The translations under genes were made by a program, and so were the position numbers. Below, one piece after another: positions 17,650 through 27,566 of a stretch of 64,000 bases of DNA; the stretch's first letter is position 1; every line of letters starts with the position of its first letter. The stretch lies in assembly GCA_949299505.1 (NCBI GenBank), contig CASGAS010000001.1, positions 9,337 to 73,336 of the forward strand. The letters run 5' to 3'. The notes under the pieces are model-generated. The model was not told the origin of the DNA. It worked only from the letters and a program-made list of their open reading frames with translations, and did not search any database. Source of the DNA: an uncultured Eubacteriales bacterium (GTDB lineage Bacteria > Bacillota > Clostridia > Oscillospirales > Acutalibacteraceae).

Positions 17650-19692
17650 TTATACGACCAGCAGGCCTACGCGATATACGACAAAGGTGACGACCCACGC
17701 CACCGCGAGCTGAAAGAGGGCGGCGAGCCCCATGAAGCCCCAGCTGTTCGATTCCTTGCGGATGGTCGCAAGCGCTGCGGCGCAGGGAATGTACAGCAGG
17801 CAGAACACCATCAGGCAGAACGCGTTGAGCGGGCCGAAGCCGATGGCGCCGAGCGCGTCGGAAAACGCCGACATCCCCTCGGGGGAGCTTGCGTTGACAA
17901 TGCCGAACAGCACCGCGCAGCTTGAGACGACGACCTCTTTCGCCGAGATACCCGCGATGAGCGCCACGGCGATTTGCCAGAAGCCCAGGCCTATCGGCAC
18001 GAACACGGGCACGAGCCATTTGCCGACCGTTGCGCCGAAGCTCTGCGACATGTCGGTTACAAAGCCCTGCGCGCCGAAATTCAGCAGCGCCCAGACTATG
18101 AGCGTCGCAAGGAAAATGGTCGTGCCGGCCTTTTCCAGGTAATCCTTGACCTTTTCCCAGACATAGATGCCGACGGTCCGTCCGTCGGGCGCCTTGTATT
18201 CGGGCAGCTCAATGAGCAGGTAGTTGACGCTTTTTTTGCGGTCGAGCAGGTGCAGAACGGCCGACACGAGAATGGCGACGAGGATGCCGATGAGGTACAT
18301 GGAGTACGCGACGAGCATCGCGTTGTCGCCGAAAAACATTTCCGCGAACAAAATGTAGATGGTCAGCCGCGCGTTGCAGCTCATAAACGGCGTGACGAGC
18401 ATGACCTTCAGCCGGTCGCGCCGGCTTTCGAGCGCGCGCGACGCCATAATGGCGGGGACGGTGCACCCGAAGCCCAAAAGCATCGGGATAAACGCCTTGC
18501 CCGAAAGGCCGAGCCGGCTCATGACGCCCTCCATGACGTAGGCGACGCGCGCCATGTAGCCGCTGTCCTCCAAAAGCGCCAGGCACAAAAACAGAATAAG
18601 GATGTTCGGCAAAAAGGTGATAATCGTCCCGACGCCCGCAATGACGCCGTCTACAACAAGCGACGTGAGCATCTCCCCGGCGCCTGCGGCGGCAAGCCCC
18701 GTCACGGCCAAATCGGACAGCCAGCCGACGGCGAGCTGAAAATAGCCCTTGACAAAGTCGCCGACGGTAAACGTCAGGAAAAAGACGACCGCCATCACCG
18801 CCAGAAATACCGGGATGCCCCAGACCTTGCTGGTCAGCACCCGGTCGGCGCGGTCGGTGCGCTTGTCCTGCCGCTGGCGGTGCAGAAGCACCTCCTCCAT
18901 GATTTCATCAATGAAGTCGTACTTTTCGTTGATGATGTCCGACTCGTAGCTACGGTCGAGCACGGCGGGCAAATCGACCGGGTATTTTTCCGTAATCTCC
19001 CGGTCGCCCTCCAAAAGCTTGATGGCGTGCCAGCGGTAATTCTGCAAATTCGGGTACCGCTCTCGGAGCGCCGGAATAATCCAGTCGATTTTATCCTCGA
19101 GCTTGTCGGAATAGACCATCGCGTATTCCGCGTGGTGGTCGTGCGCGGGGTGTGAAGCGGTTTTGTGCTCGTGAATCAGCCGGTCGGGCGCGGCGCTGTC
19201 CTTGTGGTGGACGGCGGCGTGCAGCAGGGCGTCTAAGCCGCGGCGCTTGCGCGCGGAAACGGGGATAACCGGGACGCCCAGCATCTCGGGCAGGCGGTGC
19301 ATGTCGATTTCCATGCCGCGCTTTTCCACAATGTCCATCATGTTAAGCGCGAGCACCACGGGCTTGCCAAGCTCGAGAAGCTGTAAGGTCAGATACAGGC
19401 TGCGCTCCAGGGCGGACGCGTCGGCGACGTTGATGATGACGTCCACCTCGTCGCTTAGAATAAAGCGGCGCGAAACGGTCTCCTCCATGGTGTAGGAGGT
19501 CAGGCTGTAGGTGCCGGGCAAATCGACCAGGTGAATTGTTTCACCGTGGTCGGAAATGGCGCCCTCGACCTTTTCCACCGTGACGCCCGGCCAGTTGGCG
19601 ACTTTCAGGTTCGCGCCGGTGTAGGCGTTGAACAGCGTGGTTTTGCCGCAGTTCGGGTTGCCGATAAAGCCGATGGTCATTTCGTTACGCAT
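17650..19692 (-). CDS. feoB: Ferrous iron transporter FeoB
   Basis: G-domain motifs GNPNCGKTTLFN and DLPGTYSL, followed by a polytopic permease. The ATG at 19692 overlaps the feoA stop; an alternative ATG lies at 19680. Confidence 0.95.
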   Translation of the reverse strand: MRNEMTIGFIGNPNCGKTTLFNAYTGANLKVANWPGVTVEKVEGAISDHGETIHLVDLPGTYSLTSYTMEETVSRRFILSDEVDVIINVADASALERSLYLTLQLLELGKPVVLALNMMDIVEKRGMEIDMHRLPEMLGVPVIPVSARKRRGLDALLHAAVHHKDSAAPDRLIHEHKTASHPAHDHHAEYAMVYSDKLEDKIDWIIPALRERYPNLQNYRWHAIKLLEGDREITEKYPVDLPAVLDRSYESDIINEKYDFIDEIMEEVLLHRQRQDKRTDRADRVLTSKVWGIPVFLAVMAVVFFLTFTVGDFVKGYFQLAVGWLSDLAVTGLAAAGAGEMLTSLVVDGVIAGVGTIITFLPNILILFLCLALLEDSGYMARVAYVMEGVMSRLGLSGKAFIPMLLGFGCTVPAIMASRALESRRDRLKVMLVTPFMSCNARLTIYILFAEMFFGDNAMLVAYSMYLIGILVAILVSAVLHLLDRKKSVNYLLIELPEYKAPDGRTVGIYVWEKVKDYLEKAGTTIFLATLIVWALLNFGAQGFVTDMSQSFGATVGKWLVPVFVPIGLGFWQIAVALIAGISAKEVVVSSCAVLFGIVNASSPEGMSAFSDALGAIGFGPLNAFCLMVFCLLYIPCAAALATIRKESNSWGFMGLAALFQLAVAWVVTFVVYRVGLLVV

Positions 19693-19918
19693 GGACGGTC
19701 GCCTCCTGCACGGCAATATGGCGCGTGATGTTATAGCCCAGCGCAAAGCGCGTGCCGCGCAGCCGGATAATCAAAATCCCGCGGCCCTTGCGGTTTATGA
19801 CCTGTACGGGCGTGCCCGTGGTCATGCCAAGCGCCTCCAGGCGGCGCTTGGTTTCAAAGGGCAGGTCGATTTTCAGCACGGTGCAGGTGTCGCCCACCTT
19901 GGCGTCTTTCAAAAGCAT
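19685..19918 (-). CDS. feoA: Ferrous iron transport protein FeoA
   Basis: 77-aa SH3-like FeoA (RRLEALGMTTGTPVQVI), preceded by GGAGGG. Confidence 0.9.
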   Translation of the reverse strand: MLLKDAKVGDTCTVLKIDLPFETKRRLEALGMTTGTPVQVINRKGRGILIIRLRGTRFALGYNITRHIAVQEATVHA

Positions 19919-19933
19919 AAGTCCCTCCGAATC

Positions 19934-19970
19934 GAAAAAGAGAAAGAGGCAAAGCCCTTCGCTCTGCCTC
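19934..19970 (-). terminator. Rho-independent terminator after the NahK-like gene, abutting the feoA RBS
   Basis: On the minus strand: GAGGCAGAGC-GAAGG-GCUUUGCCUC followed by UUUCUCUUUUU. The feoA GGAGGG begins 8 nt later. Confidence 0.6.
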
Positions 19971-19981
19971 CCAAAAACGGG

Positions 19982-21145
19982 TTACCGCCCGGCTTCGGCA
20001 CACGCGCGCGCGGTGGCGCTGCGCATTTCCTCGGCCTTGTCCTCCATATCCTTGACCAGTGCGAACTGTGTGCGGCAGCGCACAAGGTTGTGCTCTGCGT
20101 AAGCGGTTTTGAAGTAGGTGTCGCCGTTTAAGTAGTCGGTCAAGAACCGCATGCCGCATTCGTAGGTCATCAGCTTGGCGGAAAACGGCAGGTATTCCAC
20201 CTCCGTGTCCGTCAGACTCCGCCCTGCCGCGCGCAGGTAGCCGCGCGTATACGCCTCATAAAGCGGCAGGCTTAAGGAGACCTTGGAAACGTCGGGCTCG
20301 TCCTCGCTTGCGGTGTTGGCGCCAAAGCGGATGCTGTCGCCGAAATCATAAAGGGCAAGGCCCGGCATGACCGTGTCGAGGTCGATAATGCAAATACCCT
20401 TGTTCGTCTCTTTATCGAACAGAATGTTGTTGAGCTTCGTGTCGTTGTGCGTCACGCGCAGGGGCAGCCTGCCGCTTTCGAGCAGGTCGACGAGCACATG
20501 CGCGTCGCGTTCGCGCGCCCGGACAAATTCGATTTCGGCCTGCGCCTTTTCGGCGCGGCCGGACAGGTTCTCTGCGACGGCGCGCTCGAAGTCGCGGTAG
20601 CGCGAAACGGTGTTGTGGAAATTCGGGATGGTCTCCGAAAGCGTTTCGCCCGGATAGTCGGCCAGCTCGTTTTGAAAAGCGCCGAACGCCTCGCCCGCGC
20701 TGTAAAACACCGCTTCGCTGTCGATGGTGTTGCAGGTGTAAACGCCCCCGACGTGGTAGTAGCACCGCCAGCAGTCGCCCGCGCCGTCACGGACGTAGTA
20801 TTTGCCGTCCGCAGCCGGCAGGAAGTTGAGCGTTTCGCGCCGGACGTCGCCGCCGCGCGCGGCAATTTTTTTCTGCAAATGCGTCGTCACGCCGACGATG
20901 TTCTGCATAAGCACGTCCGGGTCGTGAAAGACGTTCAGGTTGATTTTCTGGACGACATAGACCTCTTCTTCGCCGCCCGGCATTTTGAAATGGAGACGGT
21001 AGGTCGTGTTGATATGGCCGTCGTTAAGAGACTCGAATGTGACGTATTCCCCCGGCAGAGAAAAGCTTTGCTGTATAAACAGCGGGTCAAGCGCTTTTTG
21101 TTCCAATACGGACACCCTTTCGGCTGTTTTTCCGCCGTATTCCAC
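19982..21145 (-). CDS. N-acetylhexosamine 1-kinase (NahK/LnpB-like, APH-fold kinase)
   Basis: There is extensive motif agreement with Bifidobacterium NahK as I recall it (GDGHINTTY, RVTHNDTKLNNIL, IIDLDTVMPG, DFGDSIRFGANTA, ECGMRFLTDYL, EHNLVRCRTQ). The start is uncertain; a TTG about 40 nt inside the ORF is possible. Confidence 0.8.
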   Translation of the reverse strand: MEYGGKTAERVSVLEQKALDPLFIQQSFSLPGEYVTFESLNDGHINTTYRLHFKMPGGEEEVYVVQKINLNVFHDPDVLMQNIVGVTTHLQKKIAARGGDVRRETLNFLPAADGKYYVRDGAGDCWRCYYHVGGVYTCNTIDSEAVFYSAGEAFGAFQNELADYPGETLSETIPNFHNTVSRYRDFERAVAENLSGRAEKAQAEIEFVRARERDAHVLVDLLESGRLPLRVTHNDTKLNNILFDKETNKGICIIDLDTVMPGLALYDFGDSIRFGANTASEDEPDVSKVSLSLPLYEAYTRGYLRAAGRSLTDTEVEYLPFSAKLMTYECGMRFLTDYLNGDTYFKTAYAEHNLVRCRTQFALVKDMEDKAEEMRSATARACAEAGR

Positions 21146-21238
21146 AGCCGCACGGCGGATAATTGTTCTATATTATAAACCGGTTTCCCGGTTTCGTCAA
21201 TATCCGTGTACTTTCCCGCGCGCGGGCGAAAAAATCTC

Positions 21239-21267
21239 TTTACAGGAACCTGTTTATAAGCTAAAAT
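21239..21267 (+). promoter_or_regulatory. Promoter of the pyrH-frr-uppS-cdsA-dxr-rseP-ispG-polC cluster
   Basis: TTTACA, 17 nt, TAAAAT. Confidence 0.45.
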
Positions 21268-21299
21268 AAATACGATAAAGTCTTATCGGAGGTCGGAAG

Positions 21300-22004
21300 A
21301 TGGAAGCGGTATACAAACGGATTCTGCTCAAGCTCTCGGGCGAGGTGCTTGCGGGCAAGGAAAAGCACGGCATCGACTTTGACACCATGCAGGAAATTTG
21401 CCGGTGGGTCAACGAATGTGCGAAGCTCGGCGTGCAGATAGGCCTTGTCGTCGGCGGCGGCAACTTCTGGCGCGGGCGCAGCTCGGGCGACATGGACCGT
21501 ACCCGCGCGGACCACATCGGGATGCTGGCGACGGCGATGAACGCGCTCGCGCTGGCCGACGCGCTCGAGCAGTACGGCCTGGAGGTGCGCGTGCAGACCG
21601 CCATTGAAATGCGGCAGGTCGCCGAGCCCTATATCCGCAACCGCGCGATTCGCCACCTGGAAAAGGGGCGCGTGGTCATTTTCGGCTGCGGCACGGGCAA
21701 CCCCTTCTTCTCGACCGATACGGCGGCGGCGCTTCGGGCGGCGGAAATTGACGCCGACATCATCTTTAAGGCGACGAACGTCGACGGCGTTTACGACAAG
21801 GACCCGAACCGCTATCCCGACGCGAAAAAGTACGACACCTTAAGCCATACCGAGGTTCTCAGCCGCGGCCTTGCGGTGATGGACGCGACGGCGGCGTCGC
21901 TTTGCCGCGATAACGACATCCCCATCCTTGTGTTCAACCTTTCCGACCCGGAAAACATCGTGCGTGCCGCCAAGGGCGAAAGCATCGGCACGATCGTAAA
22001 ATAA
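21300..22004 (+). CDS. pyrH: UMP kinase
   Basis: [19 protein letters not shown], and conserved gene order with frr. Confidence 0.95.
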   Translation: MEAVYKRILLKLSGEVLAGKEKHGIDFDTMQEICRWVNECAKLGVQIGLVVGGGNFWRGRSSGDMDRTRADHIGMLATAMNALALADALEQYGLEVRVQTAIEMRQVAEPYIRNRAIRHLEKGRVVIFGCGTGNPFFSTDTAAALRAAEIDADIIFKATNVDGVYDKDPNRYPDAKKYDTLSHTEVLSRGLAVMDATAASLCRDNDIPILVFNLSDPENIVRAAKGESIGTIVK

Positions 22005-22026
22005 ACCAGCATCAGGAGGCGTTACC

Positions 22027-22581
22027 ATGCAGGAAATTTTTGACTATGCCAACGAAAAAATGGAAAAAAGCCTGACCGCGCTGCACAATGAGTTTGCAAC
22101 CATGCGCGCCGGCCGTGCGAGCGTGTCGCTGCTCGACCGCATTTCGGTCGACTACTACGGCGTGCCGACGCCAATTCAGCAGATGGCGGCGGTCTCCGTG
22201 TCCGAGGGGCGTATCCTTGTCATTCAGCCCTGGGACGTCAGCACCATTTCCACCATTGAAAAGGCGATTCAGGCTTCCGACCTCGGCGTCAACCCGCAGG
22301 ACGACGGCAAGGTGATTCGCCTGATTTTCCCGCCGCTTACCGAGGAAAAGCGCAAGGTGCTTGCCAAGGACGTCAGCCGGCTCGGCGAAGAGTCCAAGGT
22401 CGCCGTGCGCTCCATTCGCCGCGACTGCATGGAAAAGCTCAAGAAGCTGAAAAAGGACAGCGAAATCACTGAGGACGACCTGCACGACGGCGAGGACAAG
22501 ATGCAGAAGATCACCGATAAGTTTATTAAGCGCATCGACGAGATGGTCGAGGAAAAGGAAAAGGACATTATGGCCATTTGA
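22027..22581 (+). CDS. frr: Ribosome recycling factor
   Basis: 184 aa with RAGRASVSLLD, NPQDDGKVIRL and PPLTEE. Confidence 0.95.
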   Translation: MQEIFDYANEKMEKSLTALHNEFATMRAGRASVSLLDRISVDYYGVPTPIQQMAAVSVSEGRILVIQPWDVSTISTIEKAIQASDLGVNPQDDGKVIRLIFPPLTEEKRKVLAKDVSRLGEESKVAVRSIRRDCMEKLKKLKKDSEITEDDLHDGEDKMQKITDKFIKRIDEMVEEKEKDIMAI

Positions 22582-22606
22582 CCCCGCTTTTTTAAGGAGC
22601 AGCAGT

Positions 22607-23341
22607 ATGGACAAAGCAGAGTTGCCGGCGTTTTCCGTTTTGCCGCGCCACGTCGGCATTATTATGGACGGCAACGGCCGCTGGGCAAAAAACCGCGGTC
22701 TGCCGCGCTACAAGGGCCACATTGAGGGCGCAAAAACCTTTCGGAAAATCGGCGAATTTGCCGGAGACCTGGGCATTGAATGTCTGACCTTTTACGCCTT
22801 TTCGACCGAGAACTGGTCCCGCCCGCCCGAGGAGGTCGCGGCCATTATGGACCTGTTCCGCGAATACCTGCGCGAGCTTGACGCGCGCAAGGCGGAAAAT
22901 GAGGAAAAGGGCATTCAGGTGCGCTTTTTGGGCGACCGGCACGCCATACCGAAGGATATCCAGCGCATGATGCAGTACAGCGAACGCATCACGCGCAAAA
23001 AGCACCGCGTGCTTTTGAACATCGCGGTCAACTACGGCAGCCGCCAGGAGATTCTGCACGGCGTGCAGGCGCTTGCGCACGAGGTTGAAAAAGGACGTCT
23101 GCGCGCAAAGGACATCACCGAACAGATGCTGTCCGACCATCTGTACACCGCCGCGCTGCCCGACCCCGACCTGATTATCCGGCCCAGCGGCGAGTACCGG
23201 CTGTCCAACTTCCTGTTGTGGCAGGCGGCGTACGCGGAGCTCTGGTTCACGGATACGCTGTGGCCGGATTTCACCGAAGAGGATTTTGTAAAAGCGCTGC
23301 GGGCGTACGAGCACCGCAACCGGCGCTTCGGCGGCGTTTGA
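22607..23341 (+). CDS. uppS: Undecaprenyl diphosphate synthase (di-trans,poly-cis-decaprenylcistransferase)
   Basis: HVGIIMDGNGRWA, AFSTENWSRP, RPSGEYRLSNFLLWQ. Confidence 0.95.
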   Translation: MDKAELPAFSVLPRHVGIIMDGNGRWAKNRGLPRYKGHIEGAKTFRKIGEFAGDLGIECLTFYAFSTENWSRPPEEVAAIMDLFREYLRELDARKAENEEKGIQVRFLGDRHAIPKDIQRMMQYSERITRKKHRVLLNIAVNYGSRQEILHGVQALAHEVEKGRLRAKDITEQMLSDHLYTAALPDPDLIIRPSGEYRLSNFLLWQAAYAELWFTDTLWPDFTEEDFVKALRAYEHRNRRFGGV

Positions 23342-23380
23342 CGCGCCGCCTGATTTTCATGGACCTGTGGAGGACCCCTT

Positions 23381-24241
23381 ATGCGTAAACGCATTATTGT
23401 CGGCGTTATCGCCGCCGCGCTGGCCATTACGGTCATCGTATTTCGCGACACGCCCGCCATGCCCATTGTGCTGGCGCTTTTGTCGTGCATTGCAACCTAT
23501 GAGATAGAAAAATGCGTGCGCTTTCAAAACAAGGCGATTGAAGTGGTCAGCCTTGTTTTTTCGGCGCTGGTGCCGCTGTACTACACCTACGCGCCGCGCC
23601 TTGCCGAGGCGGGCGTTACGCTGCCGGTAACGGCGCTGGTCGCGCTTTATACGCTGGCGCTGTTTATTTTGATGCTTGTCAATTACGAGCATACGAAGTT
23701 TGAGGACGTGGCGGCGGTGCTTGTCGCGAGCATCTTTGTACCGTGGGCGTTTTCGACGCTTTCCCTGCTTTCCAACATCGACGCGCGCTTTCCCGGCGAA
23801 TTCGACGGCCACCACGGCCTGTTCTTTATCCTGTTCGCGCTGTTCTGCGCGCTGATTACCGACACCTTCGCCTATTTCACGGGCAAATTCTTAGGCAAGC
23901 ACAAGCTGACGAAAATAAGCCCCAAAAAGACGGTTGAGGGCGCCGTCGGCGGCGTAGTCGGCGGGGTTTTAAGCAGCGTTATCCTTTTTGCGGTGTTCGA
24001 TACCTACTTCTTCACCGTACACTCCATAAGCTACCTTGAGGTCGTCATCCTTTCGGCGGTGCTGTCCGTCGTCGGGATGTGCGGCGATTTAACGGCGTCG
24101 GTTGTCAAACGCAATTTCGGCGTCAAGGATTTCGGAAAGCTCTTTCCGGGGCACGGCGGCGTGATGGACCGCTGCGACAGCCTGCTGTTCGTCTCTTCGG
24201 CGCTGTACGCCCTTATTCTGCTGACAAGGACGGTATTCTGA
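23381..24241 (+). CDS. cdsA: Phosphatidate cytidylyltransferase
   Basis: Polytopic protein with the CdsA signature (SPKKTVEGAVGG, GDLTASVVKR, PGHGGVMDRCDS). Confidence 0.9.
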   Translation: MRKRIIVGVIAAALAITVIVFRDTPAMPIVLALLSCIATYEIEKCVRFQNKAIEVVSLVFSALVPLYYTYAPRLAEAGVTLPVTALVALYTLALFILMLVNYEHTKFEDVAAVLVASIFVPWAFSTLSLLSNIDARFPGEFDGHHGLFFILFALFCALITDTFAYFTGKFLGKHKLTKISPKKTVEGAVGGVVGGVLSSVILFAVFDTYFFTVHSISYLEVVILSAVLSVVGMCGDLTASVVKRNFGVKDFGKLFPGHGGVMDRCDSLLFVSSALYALILLTRTVF

Positions 24242-25383
24242 TGACAAGGTCGCTATGCATATTGGGCTCGACCGGCTCCATCGGCACGCAAAGTCTTGAC
24301 GTTGCCCGCCTCGGCGGGTATACCGTCGAGGCTTTGACTGCTTATTCGGACGTAAAAACGATGGAGGCGCAAATCCGGGAATTCCGCCCGGCGCTTGCCG
24401 CCATGGCGGATGAAGCGGCCGCCGCGGACTTAAAGGCCCGCGTGGCGGACACCGATGTTCGCGTGCTTTCCGGCCCCGAAGGGGTCGCGTTCTGCGCCGC
24501 CGAAAGCCGCGCGGACACCGTGCTCAACGCCGTCGTCGGTATGGCGGGCCTTGCCCCCACGCTTGCGGCGCTGCGCGCGAAAAAGCGCCTGGCGCTTGCC
24601 AACAAGGAAACGCTTGTGGCGGGCGGGCAGCTGGTGATGGAGACCGCGAAGCAAAACGGCGTGCCGATTTTGCCGGTCGATTCGGAGCACTCGGCGATTT
24701 TCCAATGCCTGCAGGGTGCGCCGGAGGACCGCGCGCTCAAAAAAATACTGCTGACCGCTTCCGGCGGCCCGTTTTTCGGGAAAACCGCCGACGAGCTGCA
24801 AAACGTGACCGTCGCCGACGCGCTGCACCACCCGAACTGGTCGATGGGCGCGAAGATTACGGTGGATTCCGCCACGATGATGAACAAGGGCCTGGAGCTT
24901 ATCGAAGCGGTGTGGCTGTTTGCGGTTTCGCCCGACGACGTGCAGATTGTCGTCCACCGCGAAAGCATCCTGCATTCGGCGGTCATGTTTTCGGACAATT
25001 CCGTCATTGCGCAGCTGGGGCTGCCGGATATGCGCATCCCCATCCAATACGCGCTGACGTATCCCGCGCGCCTGCCTTCCCCGGTCGGGGAGCTGGACCT
25101 TGCAAAGCTCGGGCGCATGACGTTTTATGAGCCGGACTATGCGACGTTCCGATGCATAAATCTGTGCCGGCGCGCCATACATAAGGGTGGGCTGTATCCG
25201 GCGGCGGTCAACTCCGCCAACGAGCAGGCAAACGCGATGTTCCGCCGCGGCGAAATCGGATTTTTGGAGATTGCCGACCGCGTGGAGCGCGTGCTGGAAA
25301 CCGCGCCGGAAAAGCCGGCGTATTCGTACGAGGACATTTTGGAGATGGACCGTTTCGCACGGGAAACGGTGTTGGGTGGCTGA
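24241..25383 (+). CDS. dxr: 1-deoxy-D-xylulose 5-phosphate reductoisomerase
   Basis: Trimmed to the ATG at 24241 (MTRSLCILGSTGSIGTQSLDV), which overlaps the cdsA stop. Also contains LANKETLV, DSEHSAIFQC and NWSMG. Confidence 0.95.
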   Translation: MTRSLCILGSTGSIGTQSLDVARLGGYTVEALTAYSDVKTMEAQIREFRPALAAMADEAAAADLKARVADTDVRVLSGPEGVAFCAAESRADTVLNAVVGMAGLAPTLAALRAKKRLALANKETLVAGGQLVMETAKQNGVPILPVDSEHSAIFQCLQGAPEDRALKKILLTASGGPFFGKTADELQNVTVADALHHPNWSMGAKITVDSATMMNKGLELIEAVWLFAVSPDDVQIVVHRESILHSAVMFSDNSVIAQLGLPDMRIPIQYALTYPARLPSPVGELDLAKLGRMTFYEPDYATFRCINLCRRAIHKGGLYPAAVNSANEQANAMFRRGEIGFLEIADRVERVLETAPEKPAYSYEDILEMDRFARETVLGG

Positions 25384-26471
25384 TGAAACCTTTGCTTTTG
25401 GAGCTGACGGCGTCGTCCGTCTGGAACAAAATATGGACCGTAGCGCTTGCGCTGCTGTTTTTCGGGCTGATGATTCTGCTGCACGAATTCGGCCATTTTG
25501 CCGCGGCGAAGCTGTTTCGCGTGCGCGTCAATGAATTTGCCGTCGGCATGGGGCCGGCGCTTTGGAAGCGCCGCCGCGGCGACACGCTGTATTCGGTGCG
25601 CCTTTTGCCCATAGGCGGGTACACGGCGATGGAGGGCGAGGACGCCGACAGCGAGGACGACCGCGCCTTTTGCAGGAAAAAGGTCTGGCAGCGCGTTGTG
25701 ATTGTGGCGGCCGGCGCCTTGATGAACCTGCTGCTGGGGCTTTTGCTTATGGCGATTATGCTTTCCACAAGCGGCGAGCTGGTCGGCACGAACGTCGTCC
25801 ATTCGATGTACGACGGCGCGGTCAGCGCGCAGTACGGGCTGCAGGCGGGCGACCGGATTGTCAAAATCGACGGCCACCGCCTCTGGTCGCCGCAGGACCT
25901 GACCTTCCTGCTGTCGCGAAGCGACGACGGCGTGTTTGACTTCGTGGTGGAGCGCGACGGCGAAACGGTGGAGCTGCCCGGGGTGCACTTTGCGACCGAG
26001 GAGGTCGACGGCATCACGCTTGTGCATTACGACTTTTCCGTGGTCGGCGAAGAGCCCGGCTTTCGCAACGTATTTGTCCATTCGTTTACCGAGTCCGCGT
26101 CGGTTGTGCGCATGGTGTGGCTGAGCCTTTTTGATATTGTGACCGGCCGGTACGGCCTGTCGCAGCTTGCAGGACCCATCGGCACCATGGACATCATTTC
26201 CGACATGACCGCTTCCGCGGCGGCCGAGGGCAATGCGGGCGGGCTTCTGATGCTGCTTGCGTTTATCACGATAAACCTGGGCGTCGCGAACCTTTTGCCG
26301 CTGCCCGCGCTCGACGGCGGCCGGCTTTTGTTTTTGGTGCTGGAGGGGATTCGGCGCAAGCCCGTTCCCGCAAAATATGAGGGCTATGTGCATGCGGCGG
26401 GCATGGTGCTGCTGCTTCTGTTGATGCTCGTGGTTTCTCTGAACGACATTCTGCGCATCGCGCGCGGGTAG
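25383..26471 (+). CDS. rseP: RIP metalloprotease RseP/RasP (site-2 protease, M50)
   Basis: HEFGHF zinc motif, a PDZ segment, and NLLPLPALDGG. Confidence 0.9.
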   Translation: MKPLLLELTASSVWNKIWTVALALLFFGLMILLHEFGHFAAAKLFRVRVNEFAVGMGPALWKRRRGDTLYSVRLLPIGGYTAMEGEDADSEDDRAFCRKKVWQRVVIVAAGALMNLLLGLLLMAIMLSTSGELVGTNVVHSMYDGAVSAQYGLQAGDRIVKIDGHRLWSPQDLTFLLSRSDDGVFDFVVERDGETVELPGVHFATEEVDGITLVHYDFSVVGEEPGFRNVFVHSFTESASVVRMVWLSLFDIVTGRYGLSQLAGPIGTMDIISDMTASAAAEGNAGGLLMLLAFITINLGVANLLPLPALDGGRLLFLVLEGIRRKPVPAKYEGYVHAAGMVLLLLLMLVVSLNDILRIARG

Positions 26472-26483
26472 GAGGCGTTTCCT

Positions 26484-27536
26484 ATGGCAAAGCGAAGAGC
26501 CTGCAAGGCGGTCCGCGCCGGGGACCTGGTGATTGGCGGCGGCGCAAAAATCAGCGTGCAGTCCATGCTCAACGTCCCGGCCGAGGATGTGGCGGGCAAT
26601 GTGCGCCAGGCAAAGGCGCTCGAGGAAGCGGGCTGCGAAATGGTGCGCCTGACGGTCCCGACTCCGCAGGCGGCCAAAACGCTTGCCGCCGTCAAGGAGG
26701 CCGTTTCCATCCCCGTGGTCGCCGACATTCATTTCGACTACAAATGCGCGCTTGAAAGCGTGGCGGCCGGCGCGGACAAAATCCGTATCAATCCCGGCAA
26801 TATCGGCGCGCCGGAGCGCGTCAAAGCGGTTGCGGACGCCTGCCGGCAGCGGGGCGTGCCGATTCGCATCGGCGTCAATTCCGGTTCGCTGGAAAAGGAG
26901 CTGCTTGCCAAATACGGCTCGCCCACGCCCGAGGCGCTGTGCGAAAGCGCGCTCGGCCACGCGGCGCTTTTGGAGCGGTACGATTTCGACGACATCGTGA
27001 TTTCCATCAAATCCTCCAACGTGCAGCGCATGGTCGCCGCTTACCGGCGCATGGCGGCGCTTTGCGACTACCCGCTGCACCTGGGCGTTACCGAGGCGGG
27101 GACCGAGCACATGGCGCTCGTCAAATCCGCAGCCGGCATCGGCGCGCTGCTTCTGGACGGCATCGGCGACACCATCCGCGTTTCCATGACCGCCGACCCG
27201 GTGCGCGAGGTTGCGGCGGGCTTCGACATTCTCAAGGCGGTGGGGCTGAAGACCGACTGCCCGCAAATTGTCTCCTGTCCGACGTGCGGCCGCACGAAAA
27301 TCGACCTTATCTCCCTGGCGAACCGGGTGGAGGAGGCGCTGCGCGGCTGCAAAAAGCCGATTACCGTCGCTGTGATGGGCTGCATTGTCAACGGCCCCGG
27401 CGAAGCGCGCGAGGCGGACATCGGCGTGGCGGGCGGCGACGGCTGCGGTCTGATTTTCCGGCACGGCGAAATTCTGCGCAAGGTTCCGGAAAAGGAAATT
27501 GTCGACACGCTGCTTGCTGAAATCAAACGTTTATAA
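26484..27536 (+). CDS. ispG: 4-hydroxy-3-methylbut-2-en-1-yl diphosphate synthase
   Basis: VQSM, ADIHFDY, INPGNIG, SCPTCGR and NGPGEA. Confidence 0.95.
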   Translation: MAKRRACKAVRAGDLVIGGGAKISVQSMLNVPAEDVAGNVRQAKALEEAGCEMVRLTVPTPQAAKTLAAVKEAVSIPVVADIHFDYKCALESVAAGADKIRINPGNIGAPERVKAVADACRQRGVPIRIGVNSGSLEKELLAKYGSPTPEALCESALGHAALLERYDFDDIVISIKSSNVQRMVAAYRRMAALCDYPLHLGVTEAGTEHMALVKSAAGIGALLLDGIGDTIRVSMTADPVREVAAGFDILKAVGLKTDCPQIVSCPTCGRTKIDLISLANRVEEALRGCKKPITVAVMGCIVNGPGEAREADIGVAGGDGCGLIFRHGEILRKVPEKEIVDTLLAEIKRL

Positions 27537-27566
27537 ACCAACCATTTTTACATAAGGATTTTTTTC

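Noticed and set aside
25137-27464. A 775-aa ORF on the minus strand spanning the rseP and ispG region.
   Set aside because: It lies antisense to two genes with unmistakable motifs (HEFGH; IspG CxxC). The translation is Arg/Ala/Gly/His-rich and low in complexity, with no RBS. This is a typical shadow ORF in GC-rich DNA.
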